From sequence record DRR723986_5841: a DNA stretch of 53,356 nucleotides; one strand, written 5' to 3'. A program made the translations under genes and the position numbers. The notes under the pieces are model-generated. The model made no database searches, had not been told where the DNA came from, and was given only the letters and a program-made list of their open reading frames with translations. This document shows positions 8,941 to 17,605 of this stretch, one piece after another; the stretch's first letter is position 1, and each line of letters begins with the position of its first letter.

Positions 8941-9016
8941 TTCATTTTGCGTTCATTTGTGTTGATGAACTACTTCATTGGAAGTTCAGTGACCGTTCAT
9001 CTTGACCGTTGACAAT
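8941..9016 (+). promoter_or_regulatory. Phased TTCAT-repeat promoter 3 (porin)
   Basis: TTCAT at 8941, 8952, 8974, TTCAG at 8985, TTCAT at 8996 (multiples of 11 bp; another in phase at 8897); -10-like GACAAT at 9011. Confidence 0.75.
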
Positions 9017-9047
9017 GGGGCTCCACATAAAAACCAAGGAGTACCCC

Positions 9048-10154
9048 ATGAAAACCAGTTCCTGTTCCGTGTTGGCGTTGTTGATGCTTGGCGCACTTTC
9101 AACCAATGCGCAGGCAGGCCAGGTAAGAACCGATGGCCAGGACATTATTCTTTCCACCAAAGGTGGATTGAAACTTCAAACGGAAGACAAAAGCGCAGGC
9201 TTTCAAATCGGCGGACGTTTGCAGTGGGATTACACGCAAGATGAGTCCGATACAGCAGCGAACGGCAACGAAACACTGGAAGATTTTGATGCGCGTCGCG
9301 CACGAATTTTCTTGCGTGGTCACTTCAATGATTTCGAAATGAAGGGCGAGTTTAATCTTGCTGAGTCTGGCACCAGCGGTGGCAGTGTCACCGATTTGTA
9401 CCTTAAATACAAAGGTTTCGGCGAAATGGCGAACGTGACGGTGGGCAAGCAGCGCGTTCCATTTGGTTTGGAGGTACTGACCAGTGCGAACGACATTTCC
9501 GCCCTCGAACGTTCTGCCATAACCGAGCTTTATACGCTGGATCGCTCTGCAGGTTTCAAGCTAAGCGGTCGGGGTATGGAAGATCGGTTTACCTACGGCA
9601 TTGGTTTGTTTGAAGCCAATGGTAACGGTACGAACGATTTTCAAGAACAGGCTTTTGCTGGACGTGTAACTTTCGCCCCGATCATAACCAAGAGTAGTCT
9701 TCTGCATTTTGGTGCAGGTTTTCAAACAATTGGTGCAACTGATCCTTTGCAAGAATCCGATACAGCGAACTTTGAAGTGGCAGGAGCCTTTGGTCCAGTT
9801 CATGCGCAAGCCGAATACTTTACTTCTGATGTTGGACCACAAAAATTTGATGGTTATTACGTTCAGGTCGGGTATTTATTGAATGGTGGGCATCGTCCAT
9901 ACACCGACGGCATATTCAAGCGTGTGAAGCCTGTTCAAGGAGGTACGTGGGAACTGGTGACGCGTTTTGAGGAAGGTGACGGTGACTTTGGCGATGTTGG
10001 GCTGGATGAAATCGATGGCCAGCAGACCACGTTCGGCGTGAATTACTACATGAACGATGCGGTTCGAATCGGTTTGAGTTACATGGATGGTGAAAGTAAT
10101 ACTAACAGCGACAGCGGCAATGAGCTGCGTATGCGCTTGCAGTTCACTTACTAA
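9048..10154 (+). CDS. OprO/OprP-family (anion/phosphate-selective type) porin
   Basis: AAGGAG RBS, signal peptide ending AQA, GGRLQWDY, RRARI, GKQRVPFGLE, ALERS, HAQAEY, WELVTRF, GVNYY, C-terminal RLQFTY. Confidence 0.85.
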   Translation: MKTSSCSVLALLMLGALSTNAQAGQVRTDGQDIILSTKGGLKLQTEDKSAGFQIGGRLQWDYTQDESDTAANGNETLEDFDARRARIFLRGHFNDFEMKGEFNLAESGTSGGSVTDLYLKYKGFGEMANVTVGKQRVPFGLEVLTSANDISALERSAITELYTLDRSAGFKLSGRGMEDRFTYGIGLFEANGNGTNDFQEQAFAGRVTFAPIITKSSLLHFGAGFQTIGATDPLQESDTANFEVAGAFGPVHAQAEYFTSDVGPQKFDGYYVQVGYLLNGGHRPYTDGIFKRVKPVQGGTWELVTRFEEGDGDFGDVGLDEIDGQQTTFGVNYYMNDAVRIGLSYMDGESNTNSDSGNELRMRLQFTY

Positions 10155-10168
10155 GTCATTTCGATAAG

Positions 10169-10185
10169 ATGAACGCCAGATTAAC
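10169..10185 (-). promoter_or_regulatory. Inverted copy of the GTTCAT tandem box upstream of the sensor kinase gene
   Basis: Minus strand reads GTTAATCTGGCGTTCAT, 16/17 identical to GTTCATCTGGCGTTCAT at 12598-12614. Confidence 0.65.
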
Positions 10186-10260
10186 AAGCCAAAAAATCTG
10201 GTGTTTATCACCGATAATCCCTAGCATCTGGATGTTGATATGATGCCAAAGGGAATGGTG

Positions 10261-11874
10261 ATGTTTAAGACCCGTATTCTGCTGGCCTTTGTGGCTTTGG
10301 CGCTGGTGGCGGTTGCTCAAGGGGTGATCGGCTACTTCGCCATGGTTACGGCCAGTCAGAATGTTCAAAAAGGCCGAGTCGCCAACGAGCTCTTAGTGGG
10401 TTACATGGACCTGCTTTCCAACAAACAGTTGCTAAGAACCCAACTGACCAACGAGATGACTGGGCTGGAGTCTGATCCCCAGCAAAGTCAGGTTTATTAC
10501 TTCAACATGATCCGCACCCTCGATACGCTGGATCGACTTGCAGAAACCTCGAAAGGTTTGACTCGTGGCGATCCAGAGCTCTTGCCTGAGCATGAAGAGC
10601 GAAGCCAAAGTCTGGTGATATTGCGAAAAGGGGTGAACCAGCTAGGCTCTGTCATGACAGCTTCAGAATGGAAATTTGAAGCGGTGACCCCCCAACAGAA
10701 GCGCCAAAAACTCGATCAGATTTTTGATGTGTCCGATGGGCAGGATTTGAGGGTGGCACTGACCCAGAGCATTGCGCGAGAACGCTTGATTACTGCACGA
10801 GATCGCGCTGCGGCAGACGTGTCGCTGAACTTTATGACCAATGTGGTTGTGATTGCCACGGTTGGCCTGGCTCTCTTCATGGTGATGCTTGCCTTTTATT
10901 TTGTGAGGTCTTTGAGTAAACCAGTTGAGCGTTTGATTAAGGGGGCTGAAGCTCTGCAGGCGGGGAACCTGAGCTATCGTATTCCCGCCTTCGGACGTGA
11001 TGAGTTCTCTCAGGTGGCGCGCAGCATGAATGACATGGCTCGGGAAATTGCACGCCTGCGCGCCAACGACGAACAGGTGCGGGAGCAGCTTGAGGTGCAG
11101 GTGAGTGAGCGAACCAATGAACTACAGGAGGCCTTGCACCGCCTTGAAAAAATCGAGCTTCGCCGCAGGCAGATGTTTGCCGACATCAGTCATGAGTTGA
11201 AAACGCCCACGACAGCCATTCGAGGTGAGGCCGAGATCAGTTTGCGCCACGGTGGCAACAATCCCATCGAGTGCAAGGAAACACTTGAGCGCATTGTTCA
11301 ATACACACAGCAACTGAACTACATTGTGGACGACATGCTGACCTTGGCGCGTAGCGATATTGATGCACTTGTTCTGGATCGCAGGGCAGTGGATGTTTCA
11401 ACGTTGTGCTACGAGTCGATCGCCTATTTCCGACCGCAGATCAGTCAGAAGGGATGTGCAGTCGAAGCGCAAATTCAAAGTGACAGCCTGGTGTTGGGCG
11501 ATGCGCAGCGCTTAAAGCAGGTTCTGAATATTATTTTGGACAATGCGATTCAATACAGCGGCCCGGGGGCGGTGATACGGATCAGTACTGCATCGGTGGA
11601 AGATTCTGAAAACATGCGTCGCTGCGAAGTGACGATTGAAGACAATGGGCCGGGTATTCCTGAAAAGGAGTTGGGAAGGGTTTTTGAGCGTCACTATCGG
11701 GGCACCATGGCCAAGTTGCTAAGGCCTGACGGCAGTGGTTTGGGTCTGCCACTTGCAGCAGCGATTGTGCGAGCACACCACGGCACCATTGACATAAGCA
11801 GTGAAGAAAACAAGGGATGCCGAGTCACGATCAATTTACCGGCATTTGATTCAGTGATTGAGGATGCAGTATGA
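10261..11874 (+). CDS. Sensor histidine kinase (2 TM, periplasmic helical sensor, HAMP, HisKA, HATPase)
   Basis: Two TM segments, HAMP (RDEFSQVARSMNDM), H-box ISHELKTPT, N-box ILDNAIQY, DNGPGI, GSGLGL. Start may be 10240, 10255 or 10261. Confidence 0.92.
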   Translation: MFKTRILLAFVALALVAVAQGVIGYFAMVTASQNVQKGRVANELLVGYMDLLSNKQLLRTQLTNEMTGLESDPQQSQVYYFNMIRTLDTLDRLAETSKGLTRGDPELLPEHEERSQSLVILRKGVNQLGSVMTASEWKFEAVTPQQKRQKLDQIFDVSDGQDLRVALTQSIARERLITARDRAAADVSLNFMTNVVVIATVGLALFMVMLAFYFVRSLSKPVERLIKGAEALQAGNLSYRIPAFGRDEFSQVARSMNDMAREIARLRANDEQVREQLEVQVSERTNELQEALHRLEKIELRRRQMFADISHELKTPTTAIRGEAEISLRHGGNNPIECKETLERIVQYTQQLNYIVDDMLTLARSDIDALVLDRRAVDVSTLCYESIAYFRPQISQKGCAVEAQIQSDSLVLGDAQRLKQVLNIILDNAIQYSGPGAVIRISTASVEDSENMRRCEVTIEDNGPGIPEKELGRVFERHYRGTMAKLLRPDGSGLGLPLAAAIVRAHHGTIDISSEENKGCRVTINLPAFDSVIEDAV

Positions 11875-12596
11875 AAGTGTTGATTGTTGAGGACGATGCG
11901 CGTGTATCAAGTTTTCTGGATCGTGGCTTGAAAGCAGAGGGATATCGCCCCCAAGTGGCACACAATGCCAGCACGGGTATTTCCATGGCCAAGGCCTTGC
12001 AAAAAGAAGTGCGTGAAAACTTTGAAAGTGCGGTGGTGATTCTTGATGTGATGCTGCCTGATGGATCGGGTCTGGATGTGTGCCAAACCTTGCGCGCAGA
12101 AGGATTCGCTTTGCCAGTTTTGATGCTGACTGCATTGAATTCAGTTGAAGATCGGGTGGCAGGTTTGCGCATGGGCGCTGACGATTACCTGGGTAAGCCA
12201 TTTGCATTCGATGAAATTTTGGCTCGAATTGAAGCCCTGGGTCGTAGGATAGGTAACTCTGTTCCCAAGCAAATCAGGAAGAATTTAGAAGTAGCTGACC
12301 TGAATCTTGATCTGGAAAAAATGCGCTTGTCACGTGCTGGGCGAGAAATTCAATTGACTGCGAAAGAGTTGGCACTGGTGGAACTATTGATGAGTGCGCC
12401 AGGTAGACTTTTCAGTAGGGAGCGTATTCTTTCGAATGTATGGAGCGTAAACGAAGACCCGCTAACCAATGTAGTGGATGTTTACATTCGTCGCCTGCGC
12501 GCCAAGATCGATCTTGATGGTTTGCCACCTCTGATCCACACCCAGCGTGGTTTGGGTTACCGGCTGGAGTCTCTGCAGGAGCCAGATTGCCAGTAA
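11871..12596 (+). CDS. OmpR-family response regulator
   Basis: LIVEDD, ILDVMLP, GADDYLGKPF, winged helix NVVDVYIRRLRAKI...TQRGLGY; ATGA overlap with the kinase stop. Confidence 0.94.
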   Translation: MKVLIVEDDARVSSFLDRGLKAEGYRPQVAHNASTGISMAKALQKEVRENFESAVVILDVMLPDGSGLDVCQTLRAEGFALPVLMLTALNSVEDRVAGLRMGADDYLGKPFAFDEILARIEALGRRIGNSVPKQIRKNLEVADLNLDLEKMRLSRAGREIQLTAKELALVELLMSAPGRLFSRERILSNVWSVNEDPLTNVVDVYIRRLRAKIDLDGLPPLIHTQRGLGYRLESLQEPDCQ

Positions 12597-12598
12597 TG

Positions 12599-12675
12599 TT
12601 CATCTGGCGTTCATTTGGGATTCCAGTTTGATTCATCGGGCAAGGAAGTTCTGGTTCATTTTGATCTTTCAGAAT
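12599..12675 (+). promoter_or_regulatory. Phased TTCAT-repeat promoter 4 (carbonic anhydrase operon)
   Basis: TTCAT at 12599, 12610, TTCCA 12621, TTCAT 12632 and 12655; -10-like CAGAAT at 12670. Confidence 0.72.
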
Positions 12676-12729
12676 GATGGTGTGAAAAGCAATGGTTGTT
12701 TTTCGAACCTCAATCTGAAGGAGCATAAG

Positions 12730-13293
12730 ATGAAAAATTCCAGTTTAGTTCGCACCACTTTGGTATCCGCCGGCTTGGTATTCAGCGGTGCCGCTTTCGC
12801 TAATACAGCTGTCGTGAGCAGCAATATCACTGAAGCTGAAGTATTGAAAGCCCAGAAAATGTGGGGCAATGCAGTGGTTCAAGTTTCCAAAGACTTTGAG
12901 GCAGGTGGCTTGGACAAGGCCAAGAAAACTGCCCAGGCAGCACTAGATACCGCCTACGCCTATGACATGGGCCCCGTGTTGTTCAAGCCCACCTTGGCGG
13001 CAATCCCGCAGAATATTCGCAGCACAGAAGAGGGCGCGTTGGCCTACTTCGTAGGTGACAATAAAAAATTCCCAAATGACACCGGCTTTGCCTTGAAAGG
13101 CTGGAGAAATGTAGAGTCCAAAAACTCTGTCATTCACCTGAATGGCAACACAGCCTTGACCATGGGCAACGTCAGCTTTACCGACAAGAATGGCAAGGTG
13201 ACCACAGTCGACAAAACCTGGGGCTATGTGAAAGACAGCGCAGGCAATGTGAAGATTGTGCTGCACCACTCCTCATTGCCATACACCAACTAA
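12730..13293 (+). CDS. Exported iota-class carbonic anhydrase (COG4337-type, NTF2-like fold)
   Basis: AAGGAG RBS; signal peptide ending AFA; motifs VLFKPT, GALAYFVG, GFALKGW, VDKTWGY and the C-terminal HHSSLPY signature of iota-CAs. Confidence 0.8.
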   Translation: MKNSSLVRTTLVSAGLVFSGAAFANTAVVSSNITEAEVLKAQKMWGNAVVQVSKDFEAGGLDKAKKTAQAALDTAYAYDMGPVLFKPTLAAIPQNIRSTEEGALAYFVGDNKKFPNDTGFALKGWRNVESKNSVIHLNGNTALTMGNVSFTDKNGKVTTVDKTWGYVKDSAGNVKIVLHHSSLPYTN

Positions 13294-13353
13294 ATATCCA
13301 GGTGGCCGATGCACAAGTCGGCCATTTATCCTGTTCTCATGGAAGCATTTGTG

Positions 13354-14271
13354 ATGAACCAACAACAATCAAAATGGATAAAAGCCGCAGTGCTGAGCAC
13401 TGCAGTATTTTGTGCCCCGGTTTGGGCAAGCACGGGCAAGCTGGTGTTGACCGGCGGTGTAAGTACCGTAGAGGGTGCTGGCGGTGGCGGTATCACGCCG
13501 TGGGCTTTTATTGGTACACAGGCCACAGAAAATGAACTGGGTTTTGCAACGAACCTGACCCAGGTTGAAACCCAGGATTATTCGCTGACCACTTATGGCG
13601 CCACTGTAGGCTGGAATGAGCGGGTCGAGTTTTCGCTGGGCGAGCAGGTGCTCGATACAGGTATCACCGGAACAGCCCTTACCGGCGCTGGTCTGGATTT
13701 GAAACAGCAAATCGTCGGCGTGAAAGTGCGCGTATTCGGTGATGGTGTATTGGACGCCGACACATGGTACCCGCAGGTGGCGGTGGGTCTGCAGCACAAA
13801 TCGCTGGATGCAGCTGCTTTGGAGCCAACGTTGACCTCACTTGGCGCTGATGACAGCGGAGCCGATTTTTACGTCACTGCGACCAAGCTGTTTTTGAAAC
13901 AAGGCATATTGGTCAACGGCACTTTGCGTGCTACGAAGGCCAATCAGAACGGCTTGTTGGGTTTTGGGTCAAGTACGGATGACAGTTACGAACTGATGCC
14001 CGAAATCTCTGTGGCGAAGCTGTTGAGTCACAACCTTGCGATTGGTGCGGAATATCGAATGATGCCAAACAATCTGGAAGCTGCTGGTCGCAATGCGGGC
14101 CTGAACAGTGGTTTGCGTGCAGACGACTGGATGGACCTATTCGTAGCCTGGGCTCCAACGAAGAACCTGTCGTTGACCGCGGCCTATGTCGACCTTGGTC
14201 GAATTGTACCTGCGACTACAGAGGGTCGCAGCCAGACCGGCTTTTACCTCTCTGCCCAGCTGGCATTTTGA
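13354..14271 (+). CDS. DUF3034-family predicted outer-membrane beta-barrel protein
   Basis: Signal peptide; GKLVLTGGVSTVEGAGGGGITPWA, TKANQNGLLGFG, GAEYR, AYVDLG; terminal Phe. Confidence 0.82.
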   Translation: MNQQQSKWIKAAVLSTAVFCAPVWASTGKLVLTGGVSTVEGAGGGGITPWAFIGTQATENELGFATNLTQVETQDYSLTTYGATVGWNERVEFSLGEQVLDTGITGTALTGAGLDLKQQIVGVKVRVFGDGVLDADTWYPQVAVGLQHKSLDAAALEPTLTSLGADDSGADFYVTATKLFLKQGILVNGTLRATKANQNGLLGFGSSTDDSYELMPEISVAKLLSHNLAIGAEYRMMPNNLEAAGRNAGLNSGLRADDWMDLFVAWAPTKNLSLTAAYVDLGRIVPATTEGRSQTGFYLSAQLAF

Positions 14272-14285
14272 AGGAGTACGTAATA

Positions 14286-14720
14286 ATGAAATCAATTCGA
14301 TCTTTTGTTGCTGCAATCGCGATAATCATGAGCATTCCACTTTCCGCTCAGGCTGGTTCCGAGAAGTCTTTGTATGAACAACTGGGCGGTAAAGAAAGTA
14401 TACGCACTGTCATGGACGACTTCGTAGTTCGTCTGAAGGCTGACCCGCGCATTGGTGATCAGTTTGCGGCTACCAATGCAGACCGACTTGCGTCTCAATT
14501 AACAGATCAAGTTTGTGAGGCAGCAGGTGGGCCTTGCAAGTATGTTGGTTTGGACATGAAAGCAGCTCATGCAGGGATGACGATTACCAAAGCTCATTTC
14601 AATGCACTGGTTGAAGTGCTCCAAGTCAGCATGAATGCGCACAGTGTACCTTTTGATGTTCAACTTGAGGTGTTGAGCATGCTGGCGCCCATGCACAGGG
14701 ATGTCATCACTGTCAGGTGA
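14286..14720 (+). CDS. Exported group I (2/2) truncated hemoglobin
   Basis: Signal peptide ending AQA; SLYEQLGG, ADPRI, GGPCKY, proximal His in MKAAHAGM, HFNALVE. Confidence 0.88.
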   Translation: MKSIRSFVAAIAIIMSIPLSAQAGSEKSLYEQLGGKESIRTVMDDFVVRLKADPRIGDQFAATNADRLASQLTDQVCEAAGGPCKYVGLDMKAAHAGMTITKAHFNALVEVLQVSMNAHSVPFDVQLEVLSMLAPMHRDVITVR

Positions 14721-15258
14721 ACATGAACAAGGCCCCGAGTTTACTGTACTCGGGGTCTTTGCTGGCACCTTGCTCTTGCTGAATCAATTTGACTTGTGCC
14801 ATGACCTTTTCCCAGTTGTTTTCAGTGTCTGGGTTGGAGAGACTGCTGCGTCGAAGGTCGAAGGCTTCGGCGAATACCTCCATACCCGTCCTGATATCGA
14901 TGCCTTCATAGAAACAGCTTTGGATACCTTGCAGGGTGTCGCGGTCTAACACCCGACCGCAAGATGTATCCAGACTGCCCCCAAACACCTCATCAATCCA
15001 GTCAACCGATGCGTCAAAAAACAGATTGATTTGTCGGCCGTTGGCCACGCGGTGTGGATGGCCCGCTGGAACAAACACACCTGTAGATCGGATCCATTGT
15101 CCGTCACAAAAGCATTCCACATCGTTGTTGTCCATGTCGATGGCAATTTGATGTGTCCAGTGGGCGTGATCGCTGGTTGCGCCTGGTACGCCTATAAAAA
15201 CGGCCAAGCCCATGGTGCAGGCGCACTTCTCGTTCAGTACCAAGATTTTATCGGTCAT
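14713..15258 (-). pseudogene. AraC-type N-terminal (cupin-like) domain lacking the HTH; probably a truncated regulator
   Basis: HAHWTHQI and VPAGHPH cupin-like motifs; only 181 aa, ending where the HTH would begin and overlapping the globin stop. Confidence 0.5.
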
Positions 15259-15376
15259 GACATTACCAACGATTCAACAATTTTTAACAGTGTAACGACT
15301 GTTAATCCACTTGTCCTTGAATGTGTCCACTATTACTGAATTGGTTGAACCAAGGAGTGGTTGTCTTTCCGTTGAA

Positions 15377-15880
15377 TCAGTTTTGGTTTGTGTGAACAAC
15401 TTTATAGGCTTCAACAAAGCGGAGTGGTTGTTTTTTGGGGCGACCTGTTTTCATGTCGATACACACCCATTGGGTGTGACCTTGCATCACAGTGGTGTGG
15501 TCGCTTTCGCGTACAAACTGGTACTGGCGAATCATGTCGGCTTTACCATCGTTGTGGCTGATCCAGGTTGCAATCCAGAGCGTGTCGCCAGCGAAGGTGG
15601 GGCGCTTGTATTCCATGTGGTGTTGACGTGCCACGCAGCCATATCCCAGCTCTACAAAGTCTTGAAAGGTAAGGCCGAGTTGAGCAGAGTGCAAAGCCGC
15701 GATGGCTTGCATCCACGCCAGGTAAATGGTGTTGTTGGTGTGCTCGAATTCATCGAGATGTTCGGGTTGTACGGTAAGCTTGCCGATGAATTGTGGGGGG
15801 CAATTCCAAACACTGGGGTCAGTGTCGGTGATTGGGACGGGTTCGAGATCGCTGTCTTTGAAAATGTTTGAGTTGCTCAT
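15377..15880 (-). CDS. Acyl-CoA thioesterase (4HBT/YbgC hot-dog family)
   Basis: HLDEFEHTNNTIYLAW motif, EYKRPTFAGD, TQWVCID..TGRP. Confidence 0.87.
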   Translation of the reverse strand: MSNSNIFKDSDLEPVPITDTDPSVWNCPPQFIGKLTVQPEHLDEFEHTNNTIYLAWMQAIAALHSAQLGLTFQDFVELGYGCVARQHHMEYKRPTFAGDTLWIATWISHNDGKADMIRQYQFVRESDHTTVMQGHTQWVCIDMKTGRPKKQPLRFVEAYKVVHTNQN

Positions 15881-15937
15881 GCGGTTGGGGATGCCATGGA
15901 ATTTTCTTTGCGGTATGGTGATGTTTAAGGAGAGTTT

Positions 15938-16894
15938 ATGGAAACGCTTGGTGAGAGTAAACCTCTGCGCTTGCTGTTTGTGGGCGCCGGTGGAGTGGGC
16001 GCATACTACGCAGCACGTTTGATTGGAGGTGGAAATTCAGTATTGTTGATGGCGCGTGGAAGTCATCTTGAGGCTTTGCGCCAAGATGGATTGCGAGTTG
16101 AGCATAACCATTTCTCATTCCAGGAACCGGTGTGTGCAGTCGATGAGGTGACCCTGCAAAGCGATTACCGATGCGGTGATTTCGATGCTGTTGTGCTCAC
16201 TTTGAAGTCGCAAGACACTGCCAATTGGCTCGGTTCAACCTCTGCTTGGTTGGATAGTGCGTCCACACCGATTTTGTCATTGCAAAATGGAGTTGAAAAC
16301 GAAGGTGTCCTTGCCAATCTGCTTGGTGCACAACGTGTGGTCGGTGGTTTGGCTGTCAGAATCGGTGCGCACATTGTGTCACCCGGATGTGTCAAAGCAC
16401 AGGGTTTGGGTCAAATTGTTCTGGGTGCATGGCCCAATTCGGTTGTCAATGGAGGCTTACAGGGCCTAGTGAAAAGGCTGGCGGACGCTTTCAATGCTTC
16501 AGGAATTCCTACCCGTGCAGTTGCCAATATTCGCCATGAGTTGTGGAAAAAACTTTTGGTGAACAATGGTGTTAATCCGCTGTCGGCTTTGACCAGACGG
16601 GATACTGGTTTTTTAACGAAACATCCACATTACCGGCAAGTCATTTACGCCGCCATGCAAGAGGTTGCAGCGGTTTCAAGCGCTGACGATGTGGTGTTGA
16701 GCCAGTCAGATGTGGATGAGATGTTCAAGTTGATCTGTGAGTTCGATCCGATTAAAACTTCGATGTTGGTCGACCTTGAAAAGGGCCGGCCTTTGGAGTT
16801 GGATGCAATCAGTGGCAGTGTGCTTCGACGTGCTGAACGCTTGGGAATCGATACACCCGTAACAGCATTGATTCATTCGATGCTCAGCAGCTAA
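15938..16894 (+). CDS. Ketopantoate reductase (PanE/ApbA) family oxidoreductase
   Basis: GAGGVG Rossmann motif, LQNGV, WKKLLVN, TSMLVDLEKGRPLELDAISG. Confidence 0.88.
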   Translation: METLGESKPLRLLFVGAGGVGAYYAARLIGGGNSVLLMARGSHLEALRQDGLRVEHNHFSFQEPVCAVDEVTLQSDYRCGDFDAVVLTLKSQDTANWLGSTSAWLDSASTPILSLQNGVENEGVLANLLGAQRVVGGLAVRIGAHIVSPGCVKAQGLGQIVLGAWPNSVVNGGLQGLVKRLADAFNASGIPTRAVANIRHELWKKLLVNNGVNPLSALTRRDTGFLTKHPHYRQVIYAAMQEVAAVSSADDVVLSQSDVDEMFKLICEFDPIKTSMLVDLEKGRPLELDAISGSVLRRAERLGIDTPVTALIHSMLSS

Positions 16895-17605
16895 TTACTT
16901 TCCGAACCTTTCTTTGGGCAGCTTTTGAACCGCGATCAAGGATCGGTTGATGTGCTCCGCCAGAATTTGCGTGGCCAGTTCGCTGTTGCGGTTCAAAGTG
17001 GCGTTCAAAATTTCCTCGTGCTCGGAATGCACATCGCGTGGAATGGGCTTCTCCGAAAGAATCAGCCTGCGATAACGTTCTGACTGCATGTAGAGCAGGT
17101 GCTGAAACTGCTTAAGCCAACGTGAAGGGCAGGCGGAAATGAGCGTGTCGTGAAACAAGCGGTTCTTGCGTTCCCACTCGCTGCGGGTTTCAACGGTTTC
17201 TTCGCCCAAGCGTGACTCTGCTCGGCTCAGCATGTGAAATGCACCCATCACCTCGGCTTCCCATTCATCATCGCCTAGGGCGATGGCTTGGCGCAGGGCC
17301 TCTGTTTCAATCATGACGCGAGTGCGGGTAATGTCCTGAAAATCCTCAGGAGACATCGGGGCGACTGTAAAGCCACGGTGCCCTTGTGCTACCACCAGTC
17401 CGTCATTCAGCAGCAACTGCAGCGCTTCACGCAAAGTGCCCGCACCCACCTCGTAGTCGTCTTTGAGGTGTTCCACCCGCAGCTTGGTACCCGGCTTGTG
17501 CACGCCTTCAATGATGTCGTTGCGCAACTTGCGGTAAGCAGTTTCGGCCAGGGTCAAGCTTTCGCCGTTGGTGACGCTGCCCGGCAATGAGACCACTTCA
17601 TTCAT
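16895..17605 (-). CDS. GntR/FCD-family transcriptional regulator (AphS/PhcS-like), divergent from dmpC
   Basis: wHTH LRNDII..G..PGTKL...LREAL, FCD domain NRLFHDTL...EHEEI. Alternative start at 17638. Confidence 0.9.
   Translation of the reverse strand: MNEVVSLPGSVTNGESLTLAETAYRKLRNDIIEGVHKPGTKLRVEHLKDDYEVGAGTLREALQLLLNDGLVVAQGHRGFTVAPMSPEDFQDITRTRVMIETEALRQAIALGDDEWEAEVMGAFHMLSRAESRLGEETVETRSEWERKNRLFHDTLISACPSRWLKQFQHLLYMQSERYRRLILSEKPIPRDVHSEHEEILNATLNRNSELATQILAEHINRSLIAVQKLPKERFGK

Noticed and set aside
7799-9016. CRISPR array or tandem repeat
   Set aside because: The units are 5-6 bp at helical spacing in promoters, not 25-40-bp repeats with unique spacers; no cas genes.
8941-10154. 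Calling the porin a PhoB-controlled phosphate porin with Pho boxes
   Set aside because: The repeats are consistently (G)TTCAT rather than the CTGTCAT Pho unit, recur at non-phosphate genes and flank a local OmpR-family pair. Not fully excluded; kept as the alternative to test.
12547-12729. N-terminal extension of the carbonic anhydrase ORF given in the ORF track
   Set aside because: It overlaps the regulator gene and the promoter repeats; the RBS and signal peptide point to ATG 12730.
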